A DNA stretch of 38,946 nt from Escherichia coli (GCF_003334255.1 NZ_QOWU01000055.1); one strand, 5' to 3'; positions 8,977-22,131 are shown, counted from the first letter of the stretch. The notes: a model not told the origin generated them from the sequence alone. Numbers and translations are program-made.

Positions 8977-10017
8977 ATGGCTCACCGCCCACGCTGGACA
9001 TTGTCGCAAGTCACAGAATTATTTGAAAAACCGTTGCTGGATCTGCTGTTTGAAGCGCAGCAGGTGCATCGCCAGCATTTCGATCCTCGTCAGGTGCAGG
9101 TCAGCACGTTGCTGTCGATTAAGACCGGAGCTTGTCCGGAAGATTGCAAATACTGCCCGCAAAGCTCGCGCTACAAAACCGGGCTGGAAGCCGAGCGGTT
9201 GATGGAAGTTGAACAGGTGCTGGAGTCGGCGCGCAAAGCGAAAGCGGCAGGATCGACGCGCTTCTGTATGGGCGCGGCGTGGAAGAATCCCCACGAACGC
9301 GATATGCCGTACCTGGAACAAATGGTGCAGGGGGTAAAAGCGATGGGGCTGGAGGCGTGTATGACGCTGGGCACGTTGAGTGAATCTCAGGCGCAGCGCC
9401 TCGCGAACGCCGGGCTGGATTACTACAACCACAACCTGGACACCTCGCCGGAGTTTTACGGCAATATCATCACCACACGCACTTATCAGGAACGCCTCGA
9501 TACGCTGGAAAAAGTGCGCGATGCCGGGATCAAAGTCTGTTCTGGCGGCATTGTGGGCTTAGGCGAAACGGTAAAAGATCGCGCCGGATTATTGCTGCAA
9601 CTGGCAAACCTGCCGACGCCGCCGGAAAGCGTGCCAATCAACATGCTGGTGAAGGTGAAAGGCACGCCGCTTGCCGATAACGATGATGTCGATGCCTTTG
9701 ATTTTATTCGCACCATTGCGGTCGCGCGGATCATGATGCCAACCTCTTACGTGCGCCTTTCTGCCGGACGCGAGCAGATGAACGAACAGACTCAGGCGAT
9801 GTGCTTTATGGCAGGCGCAAACTCGATTTTCTACGGTTGCAAACTGCTGACCACGCCGAATCCGGAAGAAGATAAAGACCTGCAACTGTTCCGCAAACTG
9901 GGGCTAAATCCGCAGCAAACTGCCGTGCTGGCAGGGGATAACGAACAACAGCAACGTCTTGAACAGGCGCTGATGACCCCGGACACCGACGAATATTACA
10001 ACGCGGCAGCATTATGA
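8977..10017 (+). CDS. bioB: Biotin synthase (radical SAM)
   Basis: 346-aa ORF with CxxxCxxC radical-SAM motif (CPEDCKYC). Confidence 0.95.
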   Translation: MAHRPRWTLSQVTELFEKPLLDLLFEAQQVHRQHFDPRQVQVSTLLSIKTGACPEDCKYCPQSSRYKTGLEAERLMEVEQVLESARKAKAAGSTRFCMGAAWKNPHERDMPYLEQMVQGVKAMGLEACMTLGTLSESQAQRLANAGLDYYNHNLDTSPEFYGNIITTRTYQERLDTLEKVRDAGIKVCSGGIVGLGETVKDRAGLLLQLANLPTPPESVPINMLVKVKGTPLADNDDVDAFDFIRTIAVARIMMPTSYVRLSAGREQMNEQTQAMCFMAGANSIFYGCKLLTTPNPEEDKDLQLFRKLGLNPQQTAVLAGDNEQQQRLEQALMTPDTDEYYNAAAL

Positions 10018-11168
10018 GCTGGCAGGAGAAAATCAACGCGGCGCTCGATGCGCGGCGTGCTGCCGATGCCCTGCGTCGCCGTTATCCGGTGGCGCAAGGA
10101 GCCGGACGCTGGCTGGTGGCGGATGATCGCCAGTATCTGAACTTTTCCAGTAACGATTATTTAGGTTTAAGCCATCATCCGCAAATTATCCGTGCCTGGC
10201 AGCAGGGGGCGGAGCAATTTGGCATCGGTAGCGGCGGCTCCGGTCACGTCAGCGGTTATAGCGTGGTGCATCAGGCACTGGAAGAAGAGCTGGCCGAGTG
10301 GCTTGGCTATTTGCGGGCACTGCTGTTTATCTCTGGTTTCGCCGCTAATCAGGCAGTTATTGCCGCGATGATGGCGAAAGAGGACCGTATTGCTGCCGAC
10401 CGGCTTAGCCATGCCTCATTGCTGGAAGCTGCCAGTTTAAGCCCGTCGCAGCTTCGCCGTTTTGCTCATAACGATGTCACTCATTTGGCGCGATTGCTTG
10501 CTTCCCCCTGTCCGGGGCAGCAAATGGTGGTGACAGAAGGCGTGTTCAGCATGGACGGCGATAGTGCGCCACTGGCGGAAATCCAGCAGGTAACGCAACA
10601 GCACAATGGCTGGTTGATGGTCGATGATGCCCACGGCACGGGCGTTATCGGGGAGCAGGGGCGCGGCAGCTGCTGGCTGCAAAAAGTAAAACCAGAATTG
10701 CTGGTAGTGACTTTTGGCAAAGGATTTGGCGTCAGCGGGGCAGCGGTGCTTTGCTCCAGTACGGTGGCGGATTATCTGCTGCAATTCGCCCGCCACCTTA
10801 TCTACAGCACCAGTATGCCGCCCGCTCAGGCGCAGGCATTACGTGCGTCGCTGGCGGTCATTCGCAGTGATGAGGGTGATGCACGGCGCGAAAAACTGGC
10901 GGCACTCATTACGCGTTTTCGTGCCGGAGTACAGGATTTGCCGTTTACGCTTGCTGATTCATGCAGCGCCATCCAGCCATTGATTGTCGGTGATAACAGC
11001 CGTGCGTTACAACTGGCAGAAAAACTGCGCCAGCAAGGCTGCTGGGTCACGGCGATTCGCCCGCCAACCGTACCCGCTGGTACTGCGCGACTGCGCTTAA
11101 CGCTAACCGCTGCGCATGAAATGCAGGATATCGACCGTCTGCTGGAGGTGCTGCATGGCAACGGTTAA
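10014..11168 (+). CDS. bioF: 8-amino-7-oxononanoate synthase
   Basis: 384-aa PLP-dependent acyltransferase-like ORF; 4-bp overlap with bioB stop. Confidence 0.95.
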
Positions 11169-11910
11169 TAAACAAGCCATTGCAGCGGCATTTGGTCGGG
11201 CAGCCGCACACTATGAGCAACATGCAGATCTACAGCGCCAGAGTGCTGACGCCTTACTGGCAATGCTTCCACAGCGTAAATACACCCACGTACTGGACGC
11301 GGGTTGTGGACCTGGCTGGATGAGCCGCCACTGGCGGGAACGTCACGCGCAGGTGACGGCCTTAGATCTCTCGCCGCCAATGCTTGTTCAGGCACGCCAG
11401 AAGGATGCCGCAGACCATTATCTGGCGGGAGATATCGAATCCCTGCCGTTAGCGACTGCGACGTTCGATCTTGCATGGAGCAATCTCGCAGTGCAGTGGT
11501 GCGGTAATTTATCCACGGCACTCCGCGAGCTGTATCGGGTGGTGCGCCCCAAAGGCGTGGTCGCGTTTACCACGCTGGTGCAGGGATCGTTACCCGAACT
11601 GCATCAGGCGTGGCAGGCGGTGGACGAGCGTCCGCATGCTAATCGCTTTTTACCGCCAGATGAAATCGAACAGTCGCTGAACGGCGTGCATTATCAACAT
11701 CATATTCAGCCCATCACGCTGTGGTTTGATGATGCGCTCAGTGCCATGCGTTCGCTGAAAGGCATCGGTGCCACGCATCTTCATGAAGGGCGCGACCCGC
11801 GAATATTAACGCGTTCGCAGTTGCAGCGATTGCAACTGGCCTGGCCGCAACAGCAGGGGCGATATCCTCTGACGTATCATCTTTTTTTGGGAGTGATTGC
11901 TCGTGAGTAA
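11155..11910 (+). CDS. bioC: Malonyl-ACP O-methyltransferase
   Basis: ORF track frame 11116..11910; start at ATG 11155 ([13 protein letters not shown], 251 aa); SAM-methyltransferase motif DAGCGPG; overlaps bioF end. Confidence 0.93.
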
Positions 11911-12580
11911 ACGTTATTTTGTCACCGGAACGGATACCGAAGTGGGGAAAACTGTCGCCAGTTGTGCACTTTTACAAGCCGCAAAGGCAGCAGGCTACCG
12001 GACGGCAGGTTATAAACCGGTCGCCTCTGGCAGCGAAAAGACCCCGGAAGGTTTACGCAATAGCGACGCGCTGGCGTTACAGCGCAACAGCAGCCTGCAG
12101 CTGGATTACGCAACAGTAAATCCTTACACCTTCGCAGAACCCACTTCGCCGCACATCATCAGCGCGCAAGAGGGCAGACCGATAGAATCATTGGTAATGA
12201 GCGCCGGATTACGCGCGCTTGAACAACAGGCTGACTGGGTGTTAGTGGAAGGTGCTGGCGGCTGGTTTACGCCGCTTTCTGACACTTTCACTTTTGCAGA
12301 TTGGGTAACACAGGAACAACTGCCGGTGATACTGGTAGTTGGTGTGAAACTCGGCTGTATTAATCACGCGATGTTGACTGCACAGGTAATACAACACGCC
12401 GGACTGACTCTGGCGGGTTGGGTGGCGAACGATGTTACGCCTCCGGGAAAACGTCACGCTGAATATATGACCACGCTCACCCGCATGATTCCCGCGCCGC
12501 TGCTGGGAGAGATCCCCTGGCTTGCAGAAAATCCAGAAAATGCGGCAACCGGAAAGTACATAAACCTTGCCTTGTTGTAG
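11903..12580 (+). CDS. bioD: Dethiobiotin synthetase
   Basis: GTG start at 11903 giving [17 protein letters not shown] (P-loop), 225 aa; overlaps bioC stop by 8 bp. Confidence 0.93.
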
Positions 12581-12593
12581 CCATTCTGTATTT

Positions 12594-12641
12594 GGTTAAA
12601 TTGCGAGCGAGATCGCGTCTTCGATTGACTGCAATTTAACC
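12594..12641 (+). terminator. Large stem-loop (11-bp stem GGTTAAATTGC/GCAATTTAACC, 26-nt loop) after bioD; candidate bio operon terminator
   Basis: Perfect 11-bp inverted repeat read directly, 14 bp after the bioD stop, followed by an A/T-rich tract. Confidence 0.4.
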
Positions 12642-12739
12642 AATTAAATTCTAAAATAATCACGAAAAAAATTTTACTTCCGCCTCATGCGGCGAATGTG
12701 GGAATTGCCCAGGCGGCGGGGGATAGGGGCTGGAGACAG

Positions 12740-12762
12740 TTATCCACTATTCCTGTGGATAA
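12740..12762. promoter_or_regulatory. Pair of inverted DnaA boxes (TTATCCACT, then TTATCCACA on the opposite strand) upstream of uvrB
   Basis: TTATCCACT at 12740-12748 (8/9 match to the DnaA-box consensus TTATNCACA) and TGTGGATAA at 12754-12762 (perfect consensus on the minus strand), 5-bp spacer. Confidence 0.6.
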
Positions 12763-13064
12763 CCATGTGTATTAGAGTTAGAAAACACGAGGCAAGCGAG
12801 AGAATACGCGGCTTGCACGCGAATTGGCGTTAAAGACGGCTCAAAGAAATATCTTTTATTTTTTAACTGGTTAGATAAATGCAATGGCAGTCACTGAACA
12901 GGCATCTCTTGCCATAAAACTGTCATCACTCATCTTGACAAATGTTAAAAAAGCCGTTGCTTTGGGGATAACCCGGTAAGGCCGGAGTTTTATCTCGCCA
13001 CAGAGTAAATTTTGCTCATGATTGACAGCGGAGTTTACGCTGTATCAGAAATATTATGGTGATG

Positions 13065-13084
13065 AACTGTTTTTTTATCCAGTA
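13065..13084. promoter_or_regulatory. LexA (SOS) box of uvrB overlapping a perfect TATAAT -10 hexamer
   Basis: AACTGTTTTTTTATCCAGTA with CTG-N10-CAG spacing (13067-13082); TATAAT at 13083-13088; 70 bp upstream of the uvrB start. Confidence 0.85.
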
Positions 13085-13158
13085 TAATTTGTTGGCATAA
13101 TTAAGTACGACGAGTAAAATTACATACCTGCCCGCCCAACTCCTTCAGGTAGCGACTC

Positions 13159-15180
<2,022 letters not shown>

Positions 15181-15217
15181 CAGGATAGCGAAGAAGACTG
15201 ATGACAAACGGAAAACA

Positions 15218-15315
15218 GCCTGATGCGCTACGCTTATCAGGCCTACATTTTCTCCGCAATATATTGAATTTGCGCGGTTTGTAGGCCGGATAAGGCGTTC
15301 ACGCCGCATCCGGCA
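15218..15315. repeat. BIME (two inverted REP elements) downstream of uvrB
   Basis: GCCTGATGCGCTACGCTTATCAGGCCTAC (15218-15246) and GTAGGCCGGATAAGGCGTTCACGCCGCATCCGGCA (15281-15315) with a conserved linker. Confidence 0.85.
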
Positions 15316-15371
15316 TAAACAACGCGCACTTTGTCTTCAATAGGAAGCCGGAATTTTCCTTCGGATTTCCG

Positions 15372-16340
<969 letters not shown>

Positions 16341-16477
16341 TTAACCTGCCAATATTGAGGATACAAACTATTTTCTTCTACCTCTAAAGGACGATGCACG
16401 CTATGCCTCCCTGATGATGTATATCAAAGTAAAACCGCCATTTTCCCTTATTCTGTAGCGAAATAGCACGATCATGA

Positions 16478-16501
16478 CGCTATATACATGATTACATAGC
16501 G
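16478..16501. promoter_or_regulatory. ModE-type operator palindrome upstream of moaA
   Basis: CGCTATATA-CATGAT-TACATAGCG inverted repeat, resembling the known molybdate-regulator operator architecture. Confidence 0.55.
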
Positions 16502-16529
16502 AAAGTGTGGATGGTAAAAATCTCATTTA

Positions 16530-16676
16530 CACGCTAGTATCGGCATAACCACTAAACACTCTAGCCTCTGCACCTGGGTCAACTGATACGGTGCTTTGGC
16601 CGTGACAATGCTCGTAAAGATTGCCACCAGGGCGAAGGAAGAAATGACTTCGCCTCCCGTATCTGGAAAGGTGTAC
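16530..16676 (+). ncRNA. Moco riboswitch (cis-regulatory RNA) in the moaA 5' leader
   Basis: Leader ends with GAAGGAAGAAATGACTTCGCCTCCCG just before the moaA start, as expected for the molybdenum-cofactor RNA motif. The 5' boundary is approximate and no structure was computed. Confidence 0.55.
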
Positions 16677-17666
16677 ATGGCTTCACAACTGACTGATGCA
16701 TTTGCGCGTAAGTTTTACTACTTGCGCCTGTCGATTACCGATGTGTGTAACTTTCGTTGCACCTACTGCCTGCCGGATGGCTACAAACCGAGCGGCGTCA
16801 CCAATAAAGGCTTTCTTACCGTCGATGAAATTCGCCGGGTTACGCGCGCCTTCGCCAGTCTGGGCACCGAAAAAGTGCGCCTGACAGGAGGAGAGCCGTC
16901 TTTACGCCGCGACTTTACCGATATCATCGCCGCTGTGCGGGAAAACGACGCTATCCGCCAGATTGCGGTCACAACCAATGGTTACCGTCTGGAACGCGAT
17001 GTGGCGAGCTGGCGCGATGCGGGACTTACTGGCATTAACGTCAGTGTCGACAGTCTGGACGCCCGCCAGTTTCACGCTATTACCGGGCAGGATAAATTCA
17101 ACCAGGTCATGGCAGGGATTGATGCTGCATTTGAGGCCGGTTTTGAGAAGGTCAAAGTCAATACCGTGCTGATGCGTGATGTTAATCATCACCAGCTCGA
17201 CACCTTTCTGAACTGGATCCAGCATCGCCCTATCCAGCTGCGTTTCATCGAACTGATGGAAACGGGCGAGGGCAGCGAGCTCTTCCGTAAGCATCACATC
17301 TCTGGTCAGGTTCTGCGTGACGAGCTACTGCGTCGCGGCTGGATCCACCAATTACGTCAACGCAGCGACGGTCCCGCGCAAGTCTTTTGCCATCCAGATT
17401 ACGCCGGAGAGATTGGCCTTATCATGCCGTATGAAAAAGACTTCTGCGCCACTTGCAACCGCCTGCGCGTTTCCTCCATTGGTAAACTCCATCTCTGCCT
17501 GTTTGGTGAAGGCGGCGTTAACCTGCGCGATCTGCTGGAAGACGATACCCAGCAACAGGCGCTGGAAGCGCGTATTTCAGCGGCGCTGCGGGAGAAGAAA
17601 CAGACCCATTTCCTGCATCAAAACAACACCGGTATTACGCAAAACTTATCGTACATTGGCGGCTAA
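16677..17666 (+). CDS. moaA: GTP 3',8-cyclase (molybdenum cofactor biosynthesis protein A, radical SAM)
   Basis: ORF track frame 16596..17666; ATG at 16677 ([31 protein letters not shown]) giving 329 aa. Confidence 0.95.
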   Translation: MASQLTDAFARKFYYLRLSITDVCNFRCTYCLPDGYKPSGVTNKGFLTVDEIRRVTRAFASLGTEKVRLTGGEPSLRRDFTDIIAAVRENDAIRQIAVTTNGYRLERDVASWRDAGLTGINVSVDSLDARQFHAITGQDKFNQVMAGIDAAFEAGFEKVKVNTVLMRDVNHHQLDTFLNWIQHRPIQLRFIELMETGEGSELFRKHHISGQVLRDELLRRGWIHQLRQRSDGPAQVFCHPDYAGEIGLIMPYEKDFCATCNRLRVSSIGKLHLCLFGEGGVNLRDLLEDDTQQQALEARISAALREKKQTHFLHQNNTGITQNLSYIGG

Positions 17667-17687
17667 AACGTCAAAAGGAGAGATCAG

Positions 17688-18200
17688 ATGAGTCAGGTAA
17701 GCACTGAATTTATCCCGACCCGTATTGCTATTCTTACGGTTTCTAATCGTCGCGGTGAAGAAGACGATACCTCCGGTCACTATCTGCGCGATTCGGCGCA
17801 AGAAGCGGGCCATCACGTTGTCGATAAAGCCATTGTGAAAGAAAACCGCTACGCTATTCGCGCTCAGGTATCTGCGTGGATCGCCAGCGACGATGTACAA
17901 GTGGTATTGATTACGGGTGGTACTGGCCTGACGGAAGGTGATCAGGCTCCCGAAGCATTGCTGCCGTTGTTCGACCGTGAAGTTGAAGGTTTTGGTGAAG
18001 TGTTCCGGATGTTGTCGTTTGAAGAGATTGGCACTTCCACGTTGCAATCTCGTGCGGTAGCGGGCGTCGCCAACAAAACGCTGATTTTCGCCATGCCGGG
18101 TTCGACCAAAGCGTGCCGTACCGCATGGGAAAATATCATCGCGCCGCAGCTGGATGCCCGTACGCGTCCGTGTAATTTCCATCCACATTTGAAGAAATAA
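17688..18200 (+). CDS. moaB: Molybdenum cofactor biosynthesis protein B
   Basis: 170-aa MoaB/MogA-fold ORF in the moa operon. Confidence 0.93.
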
Positions 18201-18202
18201 GT

Positions 18203-18688
18203 ATGTCGCAACTGACCCATATCAACGCCGCTGGCGAAGCGCACATGGTGGATGTCTCCGCCAAAGCGGAAACCGTGCGTGAAGCGCGGGCGGAAGCCTT
18301 TGTCACCATGCGCAGCGAGACGCTGGCGATGATTATTGATGGTCGCCACCACAAAGGCGACGTATTTGCCACTGCGCGTATTGCCGGTATTCAGGCGGCA
18401 AAACGCACCTGGGATCTGATCCCGCTCTGTCATCCGCTGATGCTCAGCAAAGTTGAAGTCAATTTACAGGCCGAGCCGGAGCACAATCGGGTGCGTATAG
18501 AAACCTTATGCCGCCTGACCGGGAAAACCGGTGTCGAAATGGAAGCATTAACCGCGGCCTCCGTGGCGGCGCTGACCATTTATGACATGTGCAAAGCGGT
18601 GCAAAAAGATATGGTGATTGGTCCGGTACGTTTGCTGGCGAAGAGCGGCGGCAAGTCGGGTGACTTTAAGGTGGAAGCGGATGATTAA
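18203..18688 (+). CDS. moaC: Cyclic pyranopterin monophosphate synthase accessory protein
   Basis: 161-aa ORF; operon position. Confidence 0.93.
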
Positions 18689-18926
18689 AGTTCTTTTTTT
18701 CGCCCAGGTGCGCGAGTTGGTGGGAACAGATGCAACCGAAGTGGCTGCGGATTTCCCAACTGTTGAAGCGTTACGCCAGCACATGGCTGCGCAGAGCGAT
18801 AGCTGGGCGCTGGCGCTGGAAGATGGCAAATTACTGGCTGCCGTCAACCAGACGCTGGTGAGTTTTGACCATCCGCTGACTGACGGCGACGAAGTAGCTT
18901 TCTTCCCGCCGGTAACCGGAGGTTAA
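18681..18926 (+). CDS. moaD: Molybdopterin synthase sulfur-carrier subunit
   Basis: ORF track frame 18618..18926; ATG at 18681 ([12 protein letters not shown]) giving 81 aa ending in GG; overlaps moaC stop by 8 bp. Confidence 0.9.
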
Positions 18927-18927
18927 G

Positions 18928-19380
18928 ATGGCAGAAACCAAAATTGTTGTTGGTCCGCAGCCGTTCAGCGTAGGAGAAGAGTACCCGTGGCTGGCGGAGC
19001 GTGACGAAGACGGTGCGGTAGTCACCTTTACTGGTAAGGTGCGCAACCATAACCTGGGCGACAGCGTCAACGCATTAACCCTCGAACACTATCCGGGGAT
19101 GACTGAAAAAGCACTGGCAGAAATTGTTGATGAAGCGCGTAACCGCTGGCCGCTGGGGCGCGTCACTGTGATTCACCGCATCGGGGAATTATGGCCGGGC
19201 GATGAAATCGTTTTTGTCGGTGTCACCAGTGCGCATCGCAGCAGTGCGTTTGAAGCCGGGCAGTTTATTATGGATTATCTCAAAACCCGCGCACCGTTCT
19301 GGAAGCGCGAAGCCACGCCGGAAGGCGACCGCTGGGTTGAAGCTCGGGAGAGCGATCAGCAGGCGGCAAAACGCTGGTAG
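18928..19380 (+). CDS. moaE: Molybdopterin synthase catalytic subunit
   Basis: 150-aa ORF starting 2 bp after moaD. Confidence 0.93.
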   Translation: MAETKIVVGPQPFSVGEEYPWLAERDEDGAVVTFTGKVRNHNLGDSVNALTLEHYPGMTEKALAEIVDEARNRWPLGRVTVIHRIGELWPGDEIVFVGVTSAHRSSAFEAGQFIMDYLKTRAPFWKREATPEGDRWVEARESDQQAAKRW

Positions 19381-19390
19381 TTTTTTGTTA

Positions 19391-19418
19391 GCCGGATAAG
19401 GCACCGCTGCGTCCGGCA
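19391..19418. repeat. REP-like palindrome after moaE (likely operon 3' stem-loop)
   Basis: GCCGGATAAGGCACCGCTGCGTCCGGCA, preceded by a T6 tract directly after the moaE stop. Confidence 0.5.
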
Positions 19419-19516
19419 ATTTCACCGCTCAGTACATACGTTTACGCTGCGTCGATGCACAGCCTCATCATTTTGCAGTATCCTTAAGATATTCCTTATA
19501 TCTTCAGGAGATCGTC

Positions 19517-20221
19517 ATGGACAGATTCCCACGTTCTGATTCAATCGTACAACCCCGGGCTGGCTTGCAAACTTATATGGCTCAAGTCTATGGCTGGATG
19601 ACCGTTGGCTTGTTGCTGACCGCATTTGTTGCCTGGTATGCGGCTAATTCCGCGGCCGTGATGGAGCTGTTGTTCACTAACCGTGTCTTTTTAATCGGTC
19701 TGATCATCGCGCAATTAGCATTGGTTATTGTGTTATCAGCGATGATTCAAAAGCTGAGCGCAGGTGTAACGACGATGCTCTTTATGCTTTATTCGGCGCT
19801 GACGGGTCTTACGCTTTCCAGTATATTCATTGTCTATACCGCTGCTTCTATCGCCAGTACTTTCGTCGTTACTGCCGGGATGTTCGGCGCAATGAGCCTG
19901 TACGGTTACACCACGAAGCGCGATTTAAGTGGCTTTGGCAATATGCTGTTTATGGCGTTAATCGGCATTGTGCTGGCATCGCTGGTCAACTTCTGGTTGA
20001 AAAGCGAAGCATTGATGTGGGCAGTTACCTACATCGGCGTGATTGTCTTTGTCGGATTGACGGCGTATGACACGCAGAAACTGAAAAATATGGGTGAGCA
20101 GATTGATACCCGCGACACGTCGAACCTGCGCAAATATTCCATTCTTGGCGCGTTAACCTTGTATCTGGACTTCATCAACCTGTTCCTGATGTTGTTGCGG
20201 ATCTTCGGCAACCGCCGTTAA
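19517..20221 (+). CDS. ybhL: BAX-inhibitor-1 (TMBIM) family inner membrane protein
   Basis: 234-aa multi-TM ORF; family resemblance. Confidence 0.85.
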   Translation: MDRFPRSDSIVQPRAGLQTYMAQVYGWMTVGLLLTAFVAWYAANSAAVMELLFTNRVFLIGLIIAQLALVIVLSAMIQKLSAGVTTMLFMLYSALTGLTLSSIFIVYTAASIASTFVVTAGMFGAMSLYGYTTKRDLSGFGNMLFMALIGIVLASLVNFWLKSEALMWAVTYIGVIVFVGLTAYDTQKLKNMGEQIDTRDTSNLRKYSILGALTLYLDFINLFLMLLRIFGNRR

Positions 20222-20239
20222 TTCTTTTTCACCATCACT

Positions 20240-20267
20240 ATCCCGGCCATGTGTCGGGATTTTTTTC
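20240..20267 (+). terminator. Rho-independent terminator of ybhL
   Basis: Stem ATCCCG/CGGGAT with 9-nt loop followed by a T-run (20260-20266), 19 bp after the ybhL stop. Confidence 0.7.
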
Positions 20268-20425
20268 TTACTAAAAACGACACTTAACAAGTACCAGGTA
20301 TAAAATATGCCTTATGGACGAGCGGAAGCGTTTTCTGTATCCATAAATGCAAAAGTATTTTGTATGCGTGGTTTTAAATTTATTGATGGTGAATATTAAT
20401 ATTTTTTCTAAGGATAACTAAAAGA

Positions 20426-21139
20426 ATGGAATCATACTCGCAAAACAGCAATAAATTAGATTTTCAGCACGAGGCCAGGATATTAAACGGTATATGGCTC
20501 ATTACCGCTTTAGGTTTGGTGGCAACCGCAGGACTAGCCTGGGGAGCTAAGTATCTCGAAATTACGGCAACCAAATATGATTCACCACCAATGTATGTCG
20601 CCATAGGGTTATTATTACTTTGTATGTATGGCTTAAGTAAGGATATCAACAAGATAAATGCCGCCATCGCGGGCGTAATATATCTGTTTTTACTCTCTTT
20701 GGTGGCGATTGTCGTTGCAAGTTTAGTTCCTGTATATGCCATTATCATCGTGTTCAGCACTGCGGGCGCGATGTTTTTAATCAGTATGCTGGCCGGTTTA
20801 TTATTTAATGTTGATCCTGGTTCTCACCGTTTTATCATTATGATGACGTTGACAGGGTTGGCCCTGGTAATCATCGTGAATGCGGCATTAATGAGTGAAC
20901 GGCCCATTTGGGTAATAAGTTGCTTAATGATTGTGTTATGGTCAGGCATTATCTCGCATGGACGAAATAAGCTCCTTGAATTGGCGGGGAAATGCCATAG
21001 TGAAGAGTTGTGGAGTCCGGTTCGTTGCGCTTTTACAGGTGCATTAACACTCTATTACTATTTTATCGGCTTCTTTGGGATACTTGCCGCGATAGCTATA
21101 ACGCTTGTCTGGCAAAGGCATACGCGTTTTTTTCATTAG
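20426..21139 (+). CDS. ybhM: Inner membrane protein, BI-1/YccA-like paralogue of YbhL
   Basis: 237-aa multi-TM ORF; visibly AT-rich with many TTA/ATA/AAT codons compared with its neighbours. Confidence 0.8.
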   Translation: MESYSQNSNKLDFQHEARILNGIWLITALGLVATAGLAWGAKYLEITATKYDSPPMYVAIGLLLLCMYGLSKDINKINAAIAGVIYLFLLSLVAIVVASLVPVYAIIIVFSTAGAMFLISMLAGLLFNVDPGSHRFIIMMTLTGLALVIIVNAALMSERPIWVISCLMIVLWSGIISHGRNKLLELAGKCHSEELWSPVRCAFTGALTLYYYFIGFFGILAAIAITLVWQRHTRFFH

Positions 21140-21174
21140 CCGTAAATGCACATACTAAAGAACTTAACTAAACT

Positions 21175-22131
21175 TCACATCGCCGCTTCATTTTTCGCCC
21201 GTAGCTTCTTCGCCTGGCTTTCCAGCAACAGGTAACAGATCAGCGCCAGCAGCAGTGGGATAAAGTAATACAGCACACGGTAAGCGAGTAGGGCGGCGAT
21301 AATTGTACCTTTGGAGGTATGCTCCCCAGCCAGTAGTGCGATAAACACCGCTTCCAGCACACCGATCCCCGCCGGAATATGCACGATGACGCCAGCAATA
21401 CTACTAACCAGTAACACGCCCAGTACAAAGAAATAGTTCACGCTTTGACCAAGTAACAGCCAGATAATCGCCCCCATTACCATCCAGTTAACGCTGGAAA
21501 TCAGCATCTGAGCGAGGGCGAATTTCCATGAAGGCAGCACCAGCTTTTGCCCTTTGATGGTCATATGGCGGTGCTTCGCGAAAGCGCAAAACCACAAATA
21601 AACCGCGATAATCATCAGTAAGCCAATGCCGAGAATACGCAGCGTAGTTTGATCGACATACCAGTGATCCGGCAACTCCACCACGCCTGCGGTAAAGATA
21701 ATCCCTGCCAGTAAAATGTAGCCCAGCCAGTTGGTGGTAATACTGAGCGAGAAAATCCGCGTAATAGTGCTACCGGGCAACCCCAGACGAGAGTACAAAC
21801 GATAGCGCATACCAATGCCGCCGACCCAGGTACTGAGCGTCAGGTTGAAGGCGTAGCAGATAAACGACACCAGCATCACCTGGCGCTTCGCCAGTTTGTG
21901 ACCGCAGTAAAAGCGGGCGAGCAGGTCATAGCAGCCGTAAATCAGATAGCTGACGACCACCAGCCCGACCGCACTAAGCAGCGCAACGCGATTGTAGTCG
22001 CGGATGACCTTCCAGACCTCTTCCCAGTCCACTTTTTTGGCGTAGACCACCAGCAACACAATCACCGCGATAAAAAACAGCCAGGTGAGGATCTTCTTTG
22101 CTAAGCGCCAGCGCGGGTGTGATTTACTCAT
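21175..22131 (-). CDS. ybhN: Inner membrane protein, MprF-flippase-like (UPF0104/LPG-synthase TM) family
   Basis: 318-aa multi-TM ORF; start overlaps the clsB stop (TGATG). Confidence 0.8.
   Translation of the reverse strand: MSKSHPRWRLAKKILTWLFFIAVIVLLVVYAKKVDWEEVWKVIRDYNRVALLSAVGLVVVSYLIYGCYDLLARFYCGHKLAKRQVMLVSFICYAFNLTLSTWVGGIGMRYRLYSRLGLPGSTITRIFSLSITTNWLGYILLAGIIFTAGVVELPDHWYVDQTTLRILGIGLLMIIAVYLWFCAFAKHRHMTIKGQKLVLPSWKFALAQMLISSVNWMVMGAIIWLLLGQSVNYFFVLGVLLVSSIAGVIVHIPAGIGVLEAVFIALLAGEHTSKGTIIAALLAYRVLYYFIPLLLALICYLLLESQAKKLRAKNEAAM

Noticed and set aside
17646-18433. Long antisense ORFs (180 and 163 aa) opposite moaB/moaC
   Set aside because: They are fully embedded in well-supported moa genes on the other strand, have no start context, and are typical GC-rich antisense frames.
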